DNA of 64,000 bases from Balanoglossus misakiensis (lineage: Eukaryota; Animalia; Hemichordata). A program made the translations under genes and the position numbers. Shown here piece after piece: positions 26,640 to 39,500 of this stretch; the first letter of the stretch is position 1, and each line of letters opens with the position of its first letter. The stretch is taken from assembly GCA_040954595.2 (NCBI GenBank), contig CM082581.2:984699-1048698 (forward strand). The letters run 5' to 3'. Under the pieces are notes generated by a model. The model saw only the letters and a program-made list of their open reading frames with translations, ran no database searches and was not told where the DNA came from.

Positions 26640-27292
26640 CTTCAGAAACAAAGACAAATTAAGCATGCATTGTAAATACCGTAAAACGGGAAATCTTCAC
26701 AACAGGAAATTTTCGCGATATCAAAGGTGGCTACTGTTACGCGACAATTAATTTTCACATTGGCATATTTTACTGCATTGTTATCTCTGAAGCATTTTAA
26801 GCGACTTTTTATTTTCATATTTTTTGGCTCTCACATAGTTTACGAAAATTTATCGTTCACGAAAATTTTATAGTATTCAATCCTTGTTGCATTTCCTGCT
26901 GTAACAGCTACTCAACATACTGTAAAATGGGAAATGTTCGCAAACAATAAATTTTCGCGATCTACGTGAGAGCCATCAAAACATGAAAATAAAAAGTTGC
27001 GTAAAAATGTTTTTCGGGGATAATGATGCAGTGAAATACAAGAACGTGAAAAGTTATTGTTGCATAACACTTGCCTCTTTTGATAACGCGAAAATTTCAT
27101 GTTGCAAAAGTATCCCGTTTTACAGTATATATGTGATTAATTAAATTTCCAAATTGTGTTCCAAAGTTGTATAGTTTGAAGTAATGTCTGCCAAAATTGT
27201 CAAACTAAAATCACTGCAAAATAATATGACAAATTTTTTAATATGACAAATATTTTTAACATGGCTGACTCATGATCATATCTGATACTCAC

Positions 27293-27477
27293 AATGATGT
27301 AATCAACATCTGTGTTCCTCTCTAATCCAAAGTTCTCATCAAAGATAAGAGTTAATGGTCTTCCAGTTGGTTCCTTGATTAACCAGCTACACAAAACATC
27401 ATCAGGGTAAGTGCTAACATCATACCCTGGTGACTGAATCGTGCCAAAACTACGCAGAATTTCAATTCCCTGGCAAC
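27293..27477 (-). CDS. uif-like exon: CUB3 first half (GCQGIEILRSFGTIQSPGY...CSWLIKEPTGRPLTLIFD...DYII)
   Basis: aag| acceptor, |gtgagt donor, phase 1-0. Confidence 0.88.
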
Positions 27478-27715
27478 CTTTAAAGAAACAAGTGACCTAT
27501 CGGTCAAAAGAGCTCTGCTGACTTTAACAGTGAAACCTATAGCTGGGCAATGATATGAATACCCTAGGTTTTAATCATAACAATTGTATTCTATTAAACA
27601 AAACCAAACATAGACATCACAAGTATTTAATATCCACATTCAGCCTGATTCATTGTGCTAAAGAAAGAAAGAATTTATTCCTAAAGAACAACATCAAAAG
27701 GAAGTACCAAGGTAC

Positions 27716-28234
27716 TAATTTGCATATTCATGACCCGATCAAAATTCCAATAAAACAAAATCAGGTAGGGGCACCATAACACACATTCTACCAAATTTCA
27801 GCTCCATCGTACATGTAGTTAGGGAGAAGAAGATTTTTTACCAAAAATTATATTTTTAGATCTAATTTGCATATTCATGACCCGATCATATCCAAATTTA
27901 TGAAATCAGGTAGGGGCACCATAACACACATTCCTGCCAAATTTCAGCTCCATCGTACATGTAGTTAGGGAGAAGAAAATGTTTGACCAACATTCTATTT
28001 TAGATCTAATTTGCATATTTATGACCCCATCAAATCCAAATTTACAAAATCAGGTAGGGGCACCATAACACACATTCCTACCAAATTATAGCTAAATATG
28101 CAATGTCGTTTTAACGAAGAAGATTGAAATACCGAAAGTTGACGGACGACGGACAACGGACGCCGGACGACAGACGGACACTTATCAACCTACTGCTACA
28201 GCTTGGCTGACACAAGTGACAGCCAAGCTAAAAA
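27716..28234 (-). mobile_element. HINE/Helentron-like non-autonomous element with three ~145-bp internal tandem repeats
   Basis: taatttgcatattcatgaccc...aaatcaggtaggggcaccataacacacattc x3, then a (ggac/gac)n microsatellite and terminal hairpin agcttggctg...cagccaagct|aaaa. Confidence 0.6.
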
Positions 28235-28611
28235 TACCAAACAAGGAATAATGAATTCAATCCACAGGTTTGGTGTAATCCTGGCTGCCTTTTATTTTGT
28301 GCTAGGGGATCAAATCACATAATAATTGCCTTCTGGATAAAAAGTCGTACGCGACAGAAGAAATGACTGTTAACTGTATATGACTTCCTTAGGTCAAACC
28401 TTTCTGTCGTTATACATGTAGTTATCAAATTAAACTCATTTAACTTTTTTCACATTTTGTTATTTTTTCTGTTAAAAAGTTCCATAATGACCCAGTATCA
28501 GATTAGCTTATATTATAAACTTCCAGAAAGAATGGCAAAAGAAGATAGATCTGTGATCCTTACAATTCTTACTGGGTTGAAATTCTTTGGGAATGATTTT
28601 AAGTGATTTAA

Positions 28612-28960
28612 AGGGACAAAGTTTCTCTCACTCGCTGCCCTTTTTCCATTAACTATGTTTGATACAAGACACTGTTTATGTTATTCTACATGTGGATATA
28701 TAGTGAATCAACATTCAACCACGCACAACTTCCATCCCGTTTGTAGGATATGAGAGTAAAAATATTGCCAAAATGAATAAACGGTAGAGACCAATTATTC
28801 ATTTTGGCGAGTTTTTTCACTCTTGTGTCTACAAGTGGGATGGAAGTTGTTTGTGGTCAAACGTTGTTTCAATATATATCCACATGTAGAATAACATAAA
28901 CGCTGTATTGTATCATCATAATTCCTGGAAAAAGGGTAGCGAGAGAGAGTGTTTGTCCCT
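28612..28960. mobile_element. TTAA-flanked fold-back MITE family (copies also at ~29363-29638, 41260-41550, ~42347-42641)
   Basis: ttaa|agggacaaag..tctctcgctgcccttttcc ... ggaaaagggtagcgagagagag..tttgtccct|ttaa; long imperfect palindrome. Confidence 0.8.
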
Positions 28961-29045
28961 TTAAAACATTGTTCTCTTGCATCATGAATCCTTGATTGCC
29001 TCTTCATTCAAACAACGTCTTGATCAATTTGAATGCGTTACCTAC

Positions 29046-29247
29046 CTGCCCAGTAATGTACATGAAAACCTCTCATTGTAACTGCATCATCACTCTTAAT
29101 GTCAACTCTCATCATACTTTTGGAAGATATGATGACATTGGGTAACTCCATCCCAGAAAATAAAGCAAGTCTGAGGGCAGGATTCAGTTCAGCGCCATCG
29201 TATACAGACACTTGATCAGCCCCATCTTCTGTTGCAAAGGAGATAAA
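29046..29247 (-). pseudogene. uif-like exon: CUB2 second half (FISFATEDGADQVSVYDG...GFHVHYWA) with mutated acceptor
   Basis: Polypyrimidine tract ends in ttttccg| instead of cag; donor |gtaggt intact; 202 bp, the same length as the CUB1 second-half exon. Confidence 0.82.
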
Positions 29248-30007
29248 CGGAAAAGATATAAAAAATAGCATCAAAGACACTTTGCTCCCATTTGATATGT
29301 ACATTTAAATGTGACATACCGTACAATCATAGTGATCACAATTTCCTACACAAAACCATTAAGGGGCAAAGTCTCTCTCTCTCTCGCTGCCCCTTTTCCA
29401 TTAATTATCGTTTGATTATCGTTTATGTTATTCTAGATGTGGATATATAGTGAATCAACATTCCATCCCGCTTCATTTTGGGCGAGATTTTTACTCTCAT
29501 ATCCTAAAAATGGGATGGAAGGTGTGTGTGGTCGAATGTTGATTCACTATATATCCTCATGTAGAATGACATAAACGGTGTCTTGTATCAAACATAATTA
29601 ATGGGAAAAGGGCAGCGAGAGAGAGAGACTTCGTCCCTATAAGGACACCTTTAGCATTGATGAGGTAATATAAGAATACATCTGATAAAGAATATTTTCA
29701 CATCCCAATAAACCAAAATCCAAAACAACTGGAAGAGCCGTTTCTGACATAAGTGGACTTTTGGACCAAAAATGTCTAAAACTACCCACCCCCCTCCTCC
29801 CCAGTATTGATATTTGTCACATGTTTATGTACACCATAATAACAAATATTGTAGGTCCTTGTAAACCAAATTTTAAGAAATCGGAAAAGTGACTACTGAG
29901 AATTGACCAGAAATGACAAAAATAAAATGTATTTTTAAAAATATAATTACTAATTTTTGTCATGCTGTAAAACAACTCACACGATTAATTGCATCTGAAT
30001 CCACTAC

Positions 30008-30159
30008 CTGTAAAGTGACAACAAATTCTGTTGTGAATGATGCCAGCTGTCAGTTACAATCTTCATTGTTGAGATAATTCTTGCCTTCAAAATATTCTGT
30101 ACTGCTGAGATTCTGTTTATATGACTGTGCTATGAAATTCCCACCACACAAAGAATACA
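30008..30159 (-). pseudogene. uif-like exon: CUB2 first half with in-frame TGA (VYSLCGGNF...NNEDCN*QLAS...VTLQ)
   Basis: AG/GT sites intact; TGA (plus-strand tca 30050-30052) sits at the conserved CUB C-x-W tryptophan. Confidence 0.85.
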
Positions 30160-30452
30160 CTGAAAGAAAGAAGAAGTCATCTTAACAGAAACACTTCACA
30201 AACAGGACATCAGCAAGATCACAGTCGAGGTAGGGCAAATATTGCCTACATGTGCAATCTATAATGTTATACCAGGTTCACGTAGGGTAAAATTCGAAAC
30301 GTTTCAGAGACACTATTTGCCTAAGGTAAACACAGAGCATTAATGCTTTTAGTTGCCTTGTGTCCACACATGCAAAGTTTATGTGTAGTTCGCGAAAATT
30401 TATCGTTTGCGAAAATTTCCAGTTTTACATTATGTATAAAACTTGGTATTAC

Positions 30453-30654
30453 CTGCTTGCCAAGATGCTTCAAAGCCAGTAGCAGTATGCGAACTATCTG
30501 AGAGAAATTTCACCAACATTGCATTACCACTGCTAATAACTTCATCAGGCTGGTCCGGTCCACTGTATGTGGCAAGAACTTTGGATGGGTCAAACACAGA
30601 CACCTCGACAATGACAACAGTATCATGATAAAGTTCAGTGTCAAAATGTAGAAA
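30453..30654 (-). CDS. uif-like exon: CUB1 second half (FLHFDTELYHDTV...GFEASWQA)
   Basis: ttttcag| acceptor, |gtaata donor, phase 0-1; CUB motifs. Confidence 0.88.
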
Positions 30655-31014
30655 CTGAAAAGAATAAAAAATGTCACAACACACATCATAAATAGTGAGC
30701 TGTCTCAAGCCAATATACATGAAAATAAACACAGTTTCATGACTTAAGCCCCATTAGCTGTAACTTTTTGCATTTTTCAGTATTTCTATTCTGTGTATCA
30801 ATTATAGTTTCTTGTTCAGCTACGCAGGGCAGAGTTAAATCCATAGTCTTAACTTCTCAACGAAACCTATGAGGGCACAATCGGCATTGTTGTTGTTTGA
30901 AAACATTCGTAAATAATAACAACAGTCAGTACACATACACATGACTCGTTGACAAGCAGAGAGCTGGGTGTGATGGGTTACTCATGAGGAGAGGAACAAG
31001 AAAAAGTGTTTAAT

Positions 31015-31674
31015 TTAAATAATAACACATGATAGCGAGGGCAATATCACGATTTGAAGCCTGCATGAGGGATGGTGATCTCTGACCATAATATTGATGA
31101 TGCCCGAGCCGCAGGCGAGGGTATCATCAATATTTTGGTCAGAGATCACCAGCCCGAGGGCAGGCTTCAAATCGTGATGTTGCCCGAGCATAATGTGTTA
31201 TTAATTTTATTACGCCGAACATTTGAACGTACATACACTGCAGCATGTAGCATGTAGACCCGCGTCCATATGTCGTACGTTGCTGAGAATGTAAAATGTC
31301 TCGATCTCCCAAGAATTATACGATACCTACTTCGAACTTAGATTATTTTGAAAATACTGCGCTGTTGGTTGCGATTTTGGTGTATTTACTGCCCGTTTGC
31401 AGTAAAATATCATCCAGTAGAACAGGTGTTAAGCCTGTGTGTCGCTTTGAAGCCATATAGATGCGGGAGTTGACTGATCGTGAAGGAAGCCATTGAACGA
31501 CAGTTTGGAACGCGCAGAAGTCGTGCCCAGAACACCAAAACAACCAAGTGGGCAATATCAGCGCACGCGACAGGGCTTTATCAACTCTAGCCATGTTATA
31601 TCACTTTTTTTTCTATATCACGTGAGCGCGTCTCAGCCAATCACGAAAACGGTATAATACGTGAGGTGTAATAA
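31015..31674. mobile_element. Non-autonomous Crypton-like element with ~190-bp terminal hairpin
   Basis: Palindrome 31019-31204 centred on cccgagccgcaggcgaggg, followed by ttattac; far end cagccaatcacg...gtgtaataa. The family call is from recalled structure. Confidence 0.55.
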
Positions 31675-31971
31675 ACACAAAACAAAATTACTGATAAACT
31701 AGCCTGAAGTTATAGATAATGGCCCTTTAATTCAAAAGTTTACCAAAAATCATGTTTGTTATAAGGAAGAAAAAAATCAAATTATTTTTTTTTTAGTTGA
31801 AATGAATTTAAATCTAATACATGTGTCTGTTTTTTTTTTTAAAGTGTTTGTATGTCGAATGGACGGGAAAAGGTGTTTTGTATAGGCAGGTTTCCAGATT
31901 AGACAGAGTTAGTGGTTTATGCAAGTTTTACTGTAAAAAATAACTGGTTTTGGAATTTGACAGTTTACAAG

Positions 31972-32104
31972 TGAGCACTTATTCTGGATGTTGCAGGTCC
32001 CTGGATTGTCCAAATACATTCTTGTAGAATGTAATAATTATCATCTGGGTATCCAGTGCTGTGAAAGGTCCCCGATTCACCAGTTTCCAAACCACCACAT
32101 GTTC
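31972..32104 (-). pseudogene. uif-like exon: CUB1 first half (GTCGGLETGESGTFHSTGYPDDNYYILQECIWTIQGPATSRI), donor site lost
   Basis: Good acceptor (ttcag|). After SRI the frame runs into TAA with no phase-0 GT donor. The 3' boundary is approximate. Confidence 0.75.
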
Positions 32105-32759
32105 CTGAATATCATTAAAATAAAAAGAAAGAGTATGTTTGTGTGATGAATGGTCATAAAGATTCAGCTCATCAAGTTGACGAAATTTCATTGATGATAA
32201 AATTACTTCACCAACAGTGAGTATCCAATGTACATGTATAAAACAATGTTTGTATTAGTATAAATCAAATGTAAAAATTTTGAAACGACATTTATCACAC
32301 CCGAAAATTCCAAGAACCGCATATTATGATTCTCTAAGCTCAAACTATCAGTGTGACAGATGCCAGATTCTTAAAATACTTGGCCCAGTTTTGTTTCTGA
32401 TTTATATTTATGACATACTGTAAAACAGGAAATTTTTCATGATATCAAAAGTGGCAACTGTTATGCGATGATTGATTTTCGCATTCTCATATTTCACGGC
32501 ATTGCTATCTTCGAAAAACATTTTGACACAACTTGTTTATTTTCGCGTTTTTTTGGCTCTCGCATAGTTCGCAAAAATGTATCGCTCGCGAAAATTTCCT
32601 GTTTACAGTACAAAATTCTTTGAGGATCAGACTTTCTGCTGACAGTTCAAAAGTAGTCTTTAGTTGCAAAGGAGATGATCATACAATTAAACCACGATCG
32701 TGACGTCACACTATTCAATAGACAAGTCATTCACTGAGAGAACCTCCGTCTCACACAAA

Positions 32760-34165
32760 ACCACAGGTTTAAAACCAAGTCCCGGGTAGTTCTAGAACTA
32801 CCTCCGGGGGTTCTAGAACTACCGCAGGACTCAGTCTCACCTGTCGTAACAAAAATACAAATACACAATGCTTTATTTGCATAATTACATTTACTTCTAT
32901 ACCTGTATTCAAAGTACATTTCATTTGAATAGAGTAATTGTTATGTTAATTGAAAGCGAACTGGATATGCGACAGTCTCCGGATCATTTCATTCAATGCT
33001 TCACATTCACAGTTTTGTCTACTGACGTACAAAGCTAATGTCTTGGTGGCTCTCGAGAGTCTTCATAACATGATAATAAAAGTATAAAATAGACAAAAAT
33101 CAATTCACCAGAAACAAACTAACGTTGCAATAAATTAACTACAAATTTCTAGAAAATTATACTAAATCACATTATCCCCAGATTTGCTTGCATTACTCTA
33201 ACCAGATGCTTCACTTCGATTTTGCTTCACTACCGACATGTAACAAGGTTGGCTGTTTTAGGCCTAAAACCCGCGTACCTTGCAAAATTCTGCTTACTTT
33301 TTGTTGCTGTTCACCAGACGTGGGTTTGTAATGTCGGACGGATTCACTTCGGTATCAAGTCTTTTCGCAGATGAGTTACTCACCAATATCGCTACCATAC
33401 AGACGTGTTGCCGCTGTGGCTCGTAGAGAGTGGTTCGTTCAAAAGCCAGGGAGGCCAATACACAGACGGGCAGTAGTACCATGTAGAGCATTGTTACCCG
33501 GTTTTTGCTTTACCAACATGTAGCCGCTTGTTTTCGCAGATGATATAGATCGGAACTACATGTATCTTCAGATCGATTTCATGGACATTTGAAGGAAAAT
33601 AAAAAAAAAACGTGACACTTACATGTAGGCCTTCTGCATTTGGCCTAGAAAATTTTCGCGTAAGCTTACCATGTGCACGCAAAACCCCAATAGCTGTAAC
33701 GCTTCCCATAATACACTACGTAACACACCTGTAAAGTTTAATTTGATGCAAATTAGTGTTTGAAATTAGCATATCACTCTGACACGTAAGCATGAACATT
33801 TAGAGTAACACCTGTCAAGCGTGGGCGATCTTGTAAGGCCCAGCAGGGCGGTCTAGAACTACCTGCCCACGACATGATTCATTTATAGGAAAAGGGGTGG
33901 CCAACCAAATTTCACAGTCAGCAATGAAGAATAAGCCTCTTTTGATAAGCTTTTGTTCGTTCATTTTATTGAATCGTTGAGTAAAACGACGTCTTTGTGG
34001 TACACGAAGCTCCAATGGTGACAATGTCTGTGGGGGGTCGTGGTTTAAGTTAGAGAACCACCTCCCCCTCAGTGGTTCTTGGTTTCCAATCGCCTCGGGC
34101 CTGCGGCCCTCGGCAATTCGAAACCAAGAACCACCTCGGGGTCGGTGGTTCTCTATTACATAAAT
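32760..34165. mobile_element. Second Crypton-like non-autonomous element with terminal hairpin
   Basis: Hairpin 34051-34154 (tagagaaccacc...cgcctcgggcctgcggccctcggc...ggtggttctcta); related agaactacc motifs at 32790-32823 and ~33855. Left boundary approximate. Confidence 0.45.
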
Positions 34166-34364
34166 AGTCTAAAAGAAATTGTTAAGTAAACATAACCATA
34201 CAATTAATGAGTGGAATTATCTAGCGACAACTGGCCTCAATTTTGAATTTCAAATATAACACCATTCTGCACCCAAGGAGACATCACATGATCTGATCCC
34301 CCTTGTTTAACTTTTAGTGGTGAGCTCTTCCAAGTATATCTTGTATTGCTTAGGGGACTCTAAC

Positions 34365-34660
34365 TCTCTCTCCTTCCCTCCCTTCCACCCCCTCCCCCTC
34401 CCTCTCTAGCTCTCTCCCTCCCCTCTCCCGCCCCTCTCCCTCCCCTCTCCCGCCCCTCTCCCTCCCTCCCACCCCTCTCTAGCTCTCTCTCCCTCCCTAC
34501 CCCCCTCTACCCCTCCCTCTCCCTCTAGTTCTCTCTCCCCCTCTCCCTCACTACCACCCTCCCTCCCTCCCTCCCTGTCACTCTCCAGCTCTCTCTCCCT
34601 CCCCTCTCACTCTCCCCTCCCAGCCTCTCCCTCCCGCTCTTTTGCACACACTCTCTCTTA
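34365..34660. repeat. Polypyrimidine (CT-rich) low-complexity tract
   Basis: ~300 bp of ccctc/ctctc; G-rich on the minus strand. Confidence 0.9.
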
Positions 34661-34753
34661 GTATATATATTGGGAGGTGACTACAGCAGTGCGAGAAAAG
34701 TAAAGACCTGATGCGAGTAAGGGAAGATTCCAGCTGATTTGAATCAGACTTAC

Positions 34754-34969
34754 CTTCAGCACAAGCTGCTACTTCACACATTGACAGACTGACATCATCA
34801 CATCTTGCATGATACAATGGGTAATTATTTTCAAAGAGGTTTAACCTCACACATTGCCCAGTGGAGGCATCAGGTTCTGTGTCTGCCCATCGACCATCAA
34901 AGACACTACCTTTCCTGCCATCTGAATAATCATATTCCACACTGCCATCTCGATTGGGTCCACTAAATC
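34754..34969 (-). CDS. uif-like exon: C-type lectin C-terminal half (GFSGPN...WADTEPDASTGQCV...CEVAACAE)
   Basis: tttatag| acceptor, |gtaagt donor, 216 bp, phase 1-1. Confidence 0.85.
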
Positions 34970-35005
34970 CTATAAAATGGAAATAAAGAAAGAAGATGCA
35001 TACAG

Positions 35006-35200
35006 CAGTGTTTCATCCAGGATGGGGGGGGGGGGATATGTCCCCCTTTGCTTGAATAGTTGCACTCTTGCAAGGAGGGGAATGAGTGACATCGCTGAGT
35101 CTGTAAGGGGCACCATTTCCCCCTTGACAAATTTCTAGGGGGGTGCCAACATGCTGACAGTGGGCGAATTCCCTCATCCCTCCATCTGGATGAAAAACTG
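35006..35200. mobile_element. 195-bp MITE with 7-bp TSD (P- or hAT-like, CA...TG termini)
   Basis: TSD catacag at 34999-35005 and 35201-35207; TIR cagtgtttcatccag / ctggatgaaaaactg (14/15). Confidence 0.8.
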
Positions 35201-35413
35201 CATACAGAGTCACTTAATAGCAAGATTTTGTGAGGTTATTGAGATGTAAAAAATAGGCTTTTCAATTACCATCTTGAGACAATTATCATTCAAGTGTTAC
35301 TATGCAGTGCTTACTTGTAAACTGTCAAATTCCAAAACCAGTTATTTTTTACACTTGATACACCCACAAATTATTTGGGAACACTGACAAACACTGTTAA
35401 AAGACACACTCAC

Positions 35414-35532
35414 CAATCCAACCATGGTTCGCTGTTTCATTGGAAGTCTCTTCAATCTGGTTTACAATCTCTGCTCCAGCATAACGATTTTCAGAATAAC
35501 CCTCAATTACTGTCAAGTGCCCACCATAAAAT
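35414..35532 (-). CDS. uif-like exon: C-type lectin part (FYGGHLTVIEGYSENRY...HGWIG)
   Basis: ttttcag| acceptor, |gtgagt donor, phase 2-1; WIG motif of CLECT. Confidence 0.85.
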
Positions 35533-36267
35533 CTGAAAATAAACCAATTTATAACACATCAAACATGTTCCAAACTAATTTCGAAATTCCAGTCCGTGAA
35601 TAATACATTTCCTCTTTGAAAACATTTAATATTGGTGAATAAGAGGTTCATAAATGTATAACATTAGATTTTTGTTTGTAAAGTCTATATTTTGTGTTAC
35701 ACCTTTCCAATAAGTGTGTGATTAGTGTAGATTTCGGCAGAATTTCTGGGAAAAAAGAATCTGTGAAAAATTCACCTGAATTTTGGGGAGAAAAAAAATT
35801 GCTGAACGTTTCCTTTGAATAAAAAAGTTCAGCTTATTTCTTTTAGAGAAAACATGACAATTTCCAGGAAATGGCTGTTGTTGTTTTTTTTTTGGTGTGA
35901 ATAAACTTAAAAGACAAATTCTGATACAGTTGCATCAAGGTGATGGAAGAAAATCCCAGATTAACAGGATATTTGGAGAATTTATCCAGAATTTCAAAAT
36001 TAGTTCGAAATGTGACATTGTGTTATCAATGATCTGTGTTGAGCAGTCGAACGATGAACGGGTAGTTGACAATTCCCACGAGCACACCCGTATCTTTCCT
36101 CGGTAGTTGCGCCGGGCCGGTCGGCAATGTAACAGAAAAAGTGGTACGATATGCCAGCTGAGCCGTCGCTAGTCTACAATTCCGAGTCTACAAGGCCGTC
36201 TCTAACTAAAAATTATAATAACTATCGAGGTACGTGACAATTATATCAGCGAATGTGGGGCTGGGGG

Positions 36268-36583
36268 TTGCTGCAGTTTGCAGCCCCTCCATCTCCCCTG
36301 GACGATTTTTGTTTTTGCGGGGCTGCAGGTCCCAGCTATTCTAAACCGCACAACGAGCGACCGGGATTTGGGCCCGGAGCGAATTTCTACACTCCAGACG
36401 TCTCCAGTCCACAATTTTCCACAATTTTTTCGCCAAATCGGTCCCGGAACCCATACAGCGCTTACCTGGCAAAGGATGTCGCGGTATTTGTCGATTTTGC
36501 CTACGTTTTCCCCAGTTATTCAACTTCAATCGGCAAAACCAAAACTCGTTCAGGGGAGATGGAGGGGCTGCAAACTGCAGCAA
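36268..36583. repeat. GC-rich inverted repeat pair (~38 bp), probable MITE
   Basis: ttgctgcagtttgcagcccctccatctcccctggacga vs tcgttcaggggagatggaggggctgcaaactgcagcaa; no TSD resolved. Confidence 0.6.
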
Positions 36584-39500
36584 GGGCTGGGGGCTGCAGG
36601 CAGAATATATGACCAAAGGATACGCGTGAAAAAAAGACAATTACCTACTTTGCTACCGTGGGTCTTTGACTAATTAAAACATGATAACGTGCATCAAAGC
36701 CAGCCGAGGCTTCAGGGGCATAGTATTCCTGAGTTTATACGCGAAGAAACCAAGAAATATTCATGAGTATGTAGACGGAACTTGTCTTTTAGCTCAAATT
36801 TGACCTGGCTTGAGGTCACTGTGACAGCGCAGCCAGCGGTAGAATTGGGGTAGGCATGAAGAACATATCTACTACAAAAACTGGTGAGGGCGGGGGGGGG
36901 AGATGGGGGGGGGGGTGGTGGCTTTTCAGTTTAGTCACGGTCCTTGGTTTTGGCCTTCGGCTTCACTAGAAAAAACCAAAAAACCACAATGCCGAAGGCC
37001 AACTCGTCGAAGCACCTGGTACGTCTATGGCAGAAGTCAGTATTTACATGTTCTGACTCGGTACACGCCATGCACTTGCCAAGAGATTCCACGAGGAATA
37101 CCATGATGATGAACGGCTCGGGCGTCTTCGTGTGCACGAAGACACGATACTAGACTTCATTGACCCTGTCTCATTCTTTTCTTTTCATGCGCATAAGGAC
37201 ATGAAAAGTCGACCTAACCTTTTGTTTTATCACTTACTGTGGTTTTATAGGGATGCTGTGAGTGAAAAAGTGGCACATTCGGGTTGTTGCCTTATACTTA
37301 ATTTCTCCATTTCTATTGGAGCAGGCTACACCGGGCCCAGGGTCGAACTTAAACCAATTTGCTGCCGTGATGGTCGAACAATGTCCGACAAACTTTAGGC
37401 ACGTCAAGCTTATGCCTTCCTGGGTCGCCCGACAAGAATGAACTTCTATTTTAACGATAGGGCCTATTCCAATCGATACCCGCCGTATCAGTCACGCAAT
37501 AATGAACACGAAATCCAGATCCCCCAGAATGATGTTTCACTAGACTCGGGGAGAGTGCTGTTTAGTACCAACAGGCAATTAAAGGTATACGGTCACCTAT
37601 GGAAAATTAGCTATAGTTACCATGGCAAATTGAGATGTAGCCAATCACAGATTTTTAGTGGGTGGCACACGCGAAAAAAGAGCGCCGCCATATGTTCTCA
37701 TCTCAGCCATATATGGTCCTATGTAACCACCTCATGTCATTTACAGAATTGGAACACCCTAAAGAATGTCATGCAGACAATGTCACGTGTTGTTCCATGA
37801 CCAACCAAACAACAAACTCATGTCCAAATCAATTAAATTCCAAAGAATGCTCCAAATATGCAGAATTGCCACGCAAGTCGAGCATACTTAAGCACTCTGC
37901 ACAACTGAAACATAAAATCCAAGCTTTTAACAATACAACAATAAACAATCCATTCTGATCGAATTAATGACCAAATAAAACGAAAAACACAACTCGACCC
38001 ACAAAAAGTATACGAAGCGCTTTTAATCGCTCATTAATGTTTGATCTCGAGGAGACGTGTTAAAAAATCCGCTATGAAAAGCAGGGGAGAACAATAGCCT
38101 ATTTTTACCAGGTAAAGAAACACCAGGTAAAAATCCACCCATGCTTCCAGACCGCTCTAGGATAGTGATCCACCCAATGAAACTGTATCTCTTTAACTTT
38201 AATTTGCAAACTCGTGGAATTGATCATTTTATAAATCGCTCCATTTTGACGTTTTCTCTGTGGTTTGTTAATACAAATTTTGTCTGTGCCAAATCTGTCC
38301 TCTAATACTGTCACTTGTATTAGAGTTCAAATAACACAGAAGTATAATACAACGTTTTGAAAAAGACAGACATTTTTCGTGGGAACGGTGATATACTTAG
38401 GCCACACTCGAGCTAAAAACAAAAGTCTATATTTTATCAAAAATGCCTTGGACGCACAAACATCTACAGGATGTGGAAGGGGCGGGTCAAAACCGCGATC
38501 TACAACTGTGCCTCCCCCCCCCCCCCCCCGGGCTGTCTTGCTTCTATTTGGAGTGTCAATGTGTGATTTAGCGTTGTTTGCGGCAGATACTAAGCTTTGT
38601 TCTTGTTTCACTCCATTTGCTGCATTGTGCTGTGCTCTGGTATTTCTCCAGGGTCTACGGTTACACTATAGGCTGATTAGTCGTATCTTTACTACACAGA
38701 CAAAAAACTTCGAAGCTTTATGTCTGTGCCTTTTATGAACAAGCATCGTCCGATTCGAATTCGACTCGTCATCGGTAGCTATGTTTATTTCGCCCTTGGA
38801 GACCTCCCCTGGCCTCGTTAGGATGACTGTTACCAGGACTACCTTAAACCAATCTTTTCGAACCGGACGGTACACACGACATGTCTATGTTAATTGTCCA
38901 GGTACCAGAGTGTACGTGTGGGCTCCCTAAACCCCTCATTGGCGGCCGGTCCCTGTCCGAATAAACACGTTTGACAGACAAAAAATGATGAACAAGTGGC
39001 TTACTTCAATACTTCGTTAACTAGACGGCTGAACTCTGAATGTTGATTCAGCAAAAAAAATGTGTTTACGGCAAGGTTTTGATCAATACGACACATTTAC
39101 CATTGAAAACGCCCAAAGTAAGTGGGGGCGTTTGACCATCAATCAAACCCACGCCCAGGTGCATGTGAACGGCCGAAGCAGTGTAACGTTTCACATTCCG
39201 TGCAACGTCCGACACTGTGTGAAAGCGGTTGCTGTCGGGTGGCTTGACCTAATTTTCGTACATTGATATGCATTTGACACCTCACTACCTGTTTTCTTAA
39301 TATTGCTAAAACTTTGCGTTGAAATATCACTGAAATGTTGATGATCCACGCACAAGTCGTCTACCCCGGCATGAAAAGCTTTTATACAAGAAAACTAATT
39401 GCACATGACCACCAAGGTCATACCGCAAGGTGTGTCTAAATGTCAAGGAAGGACATTGGGAGGGGGGACTTGGGTCGAGAACGACCATGACGGAGGAAAA

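Noticed and set aside
30050-30052. TGA as selenocysteine, readthrough or alternative genetic code
   Set aside because: It aligns to a conserved Trp, not Cys; other Trp codons in the gene are TGG; several independent lesions make a nonsense mutation the simpler explanation.
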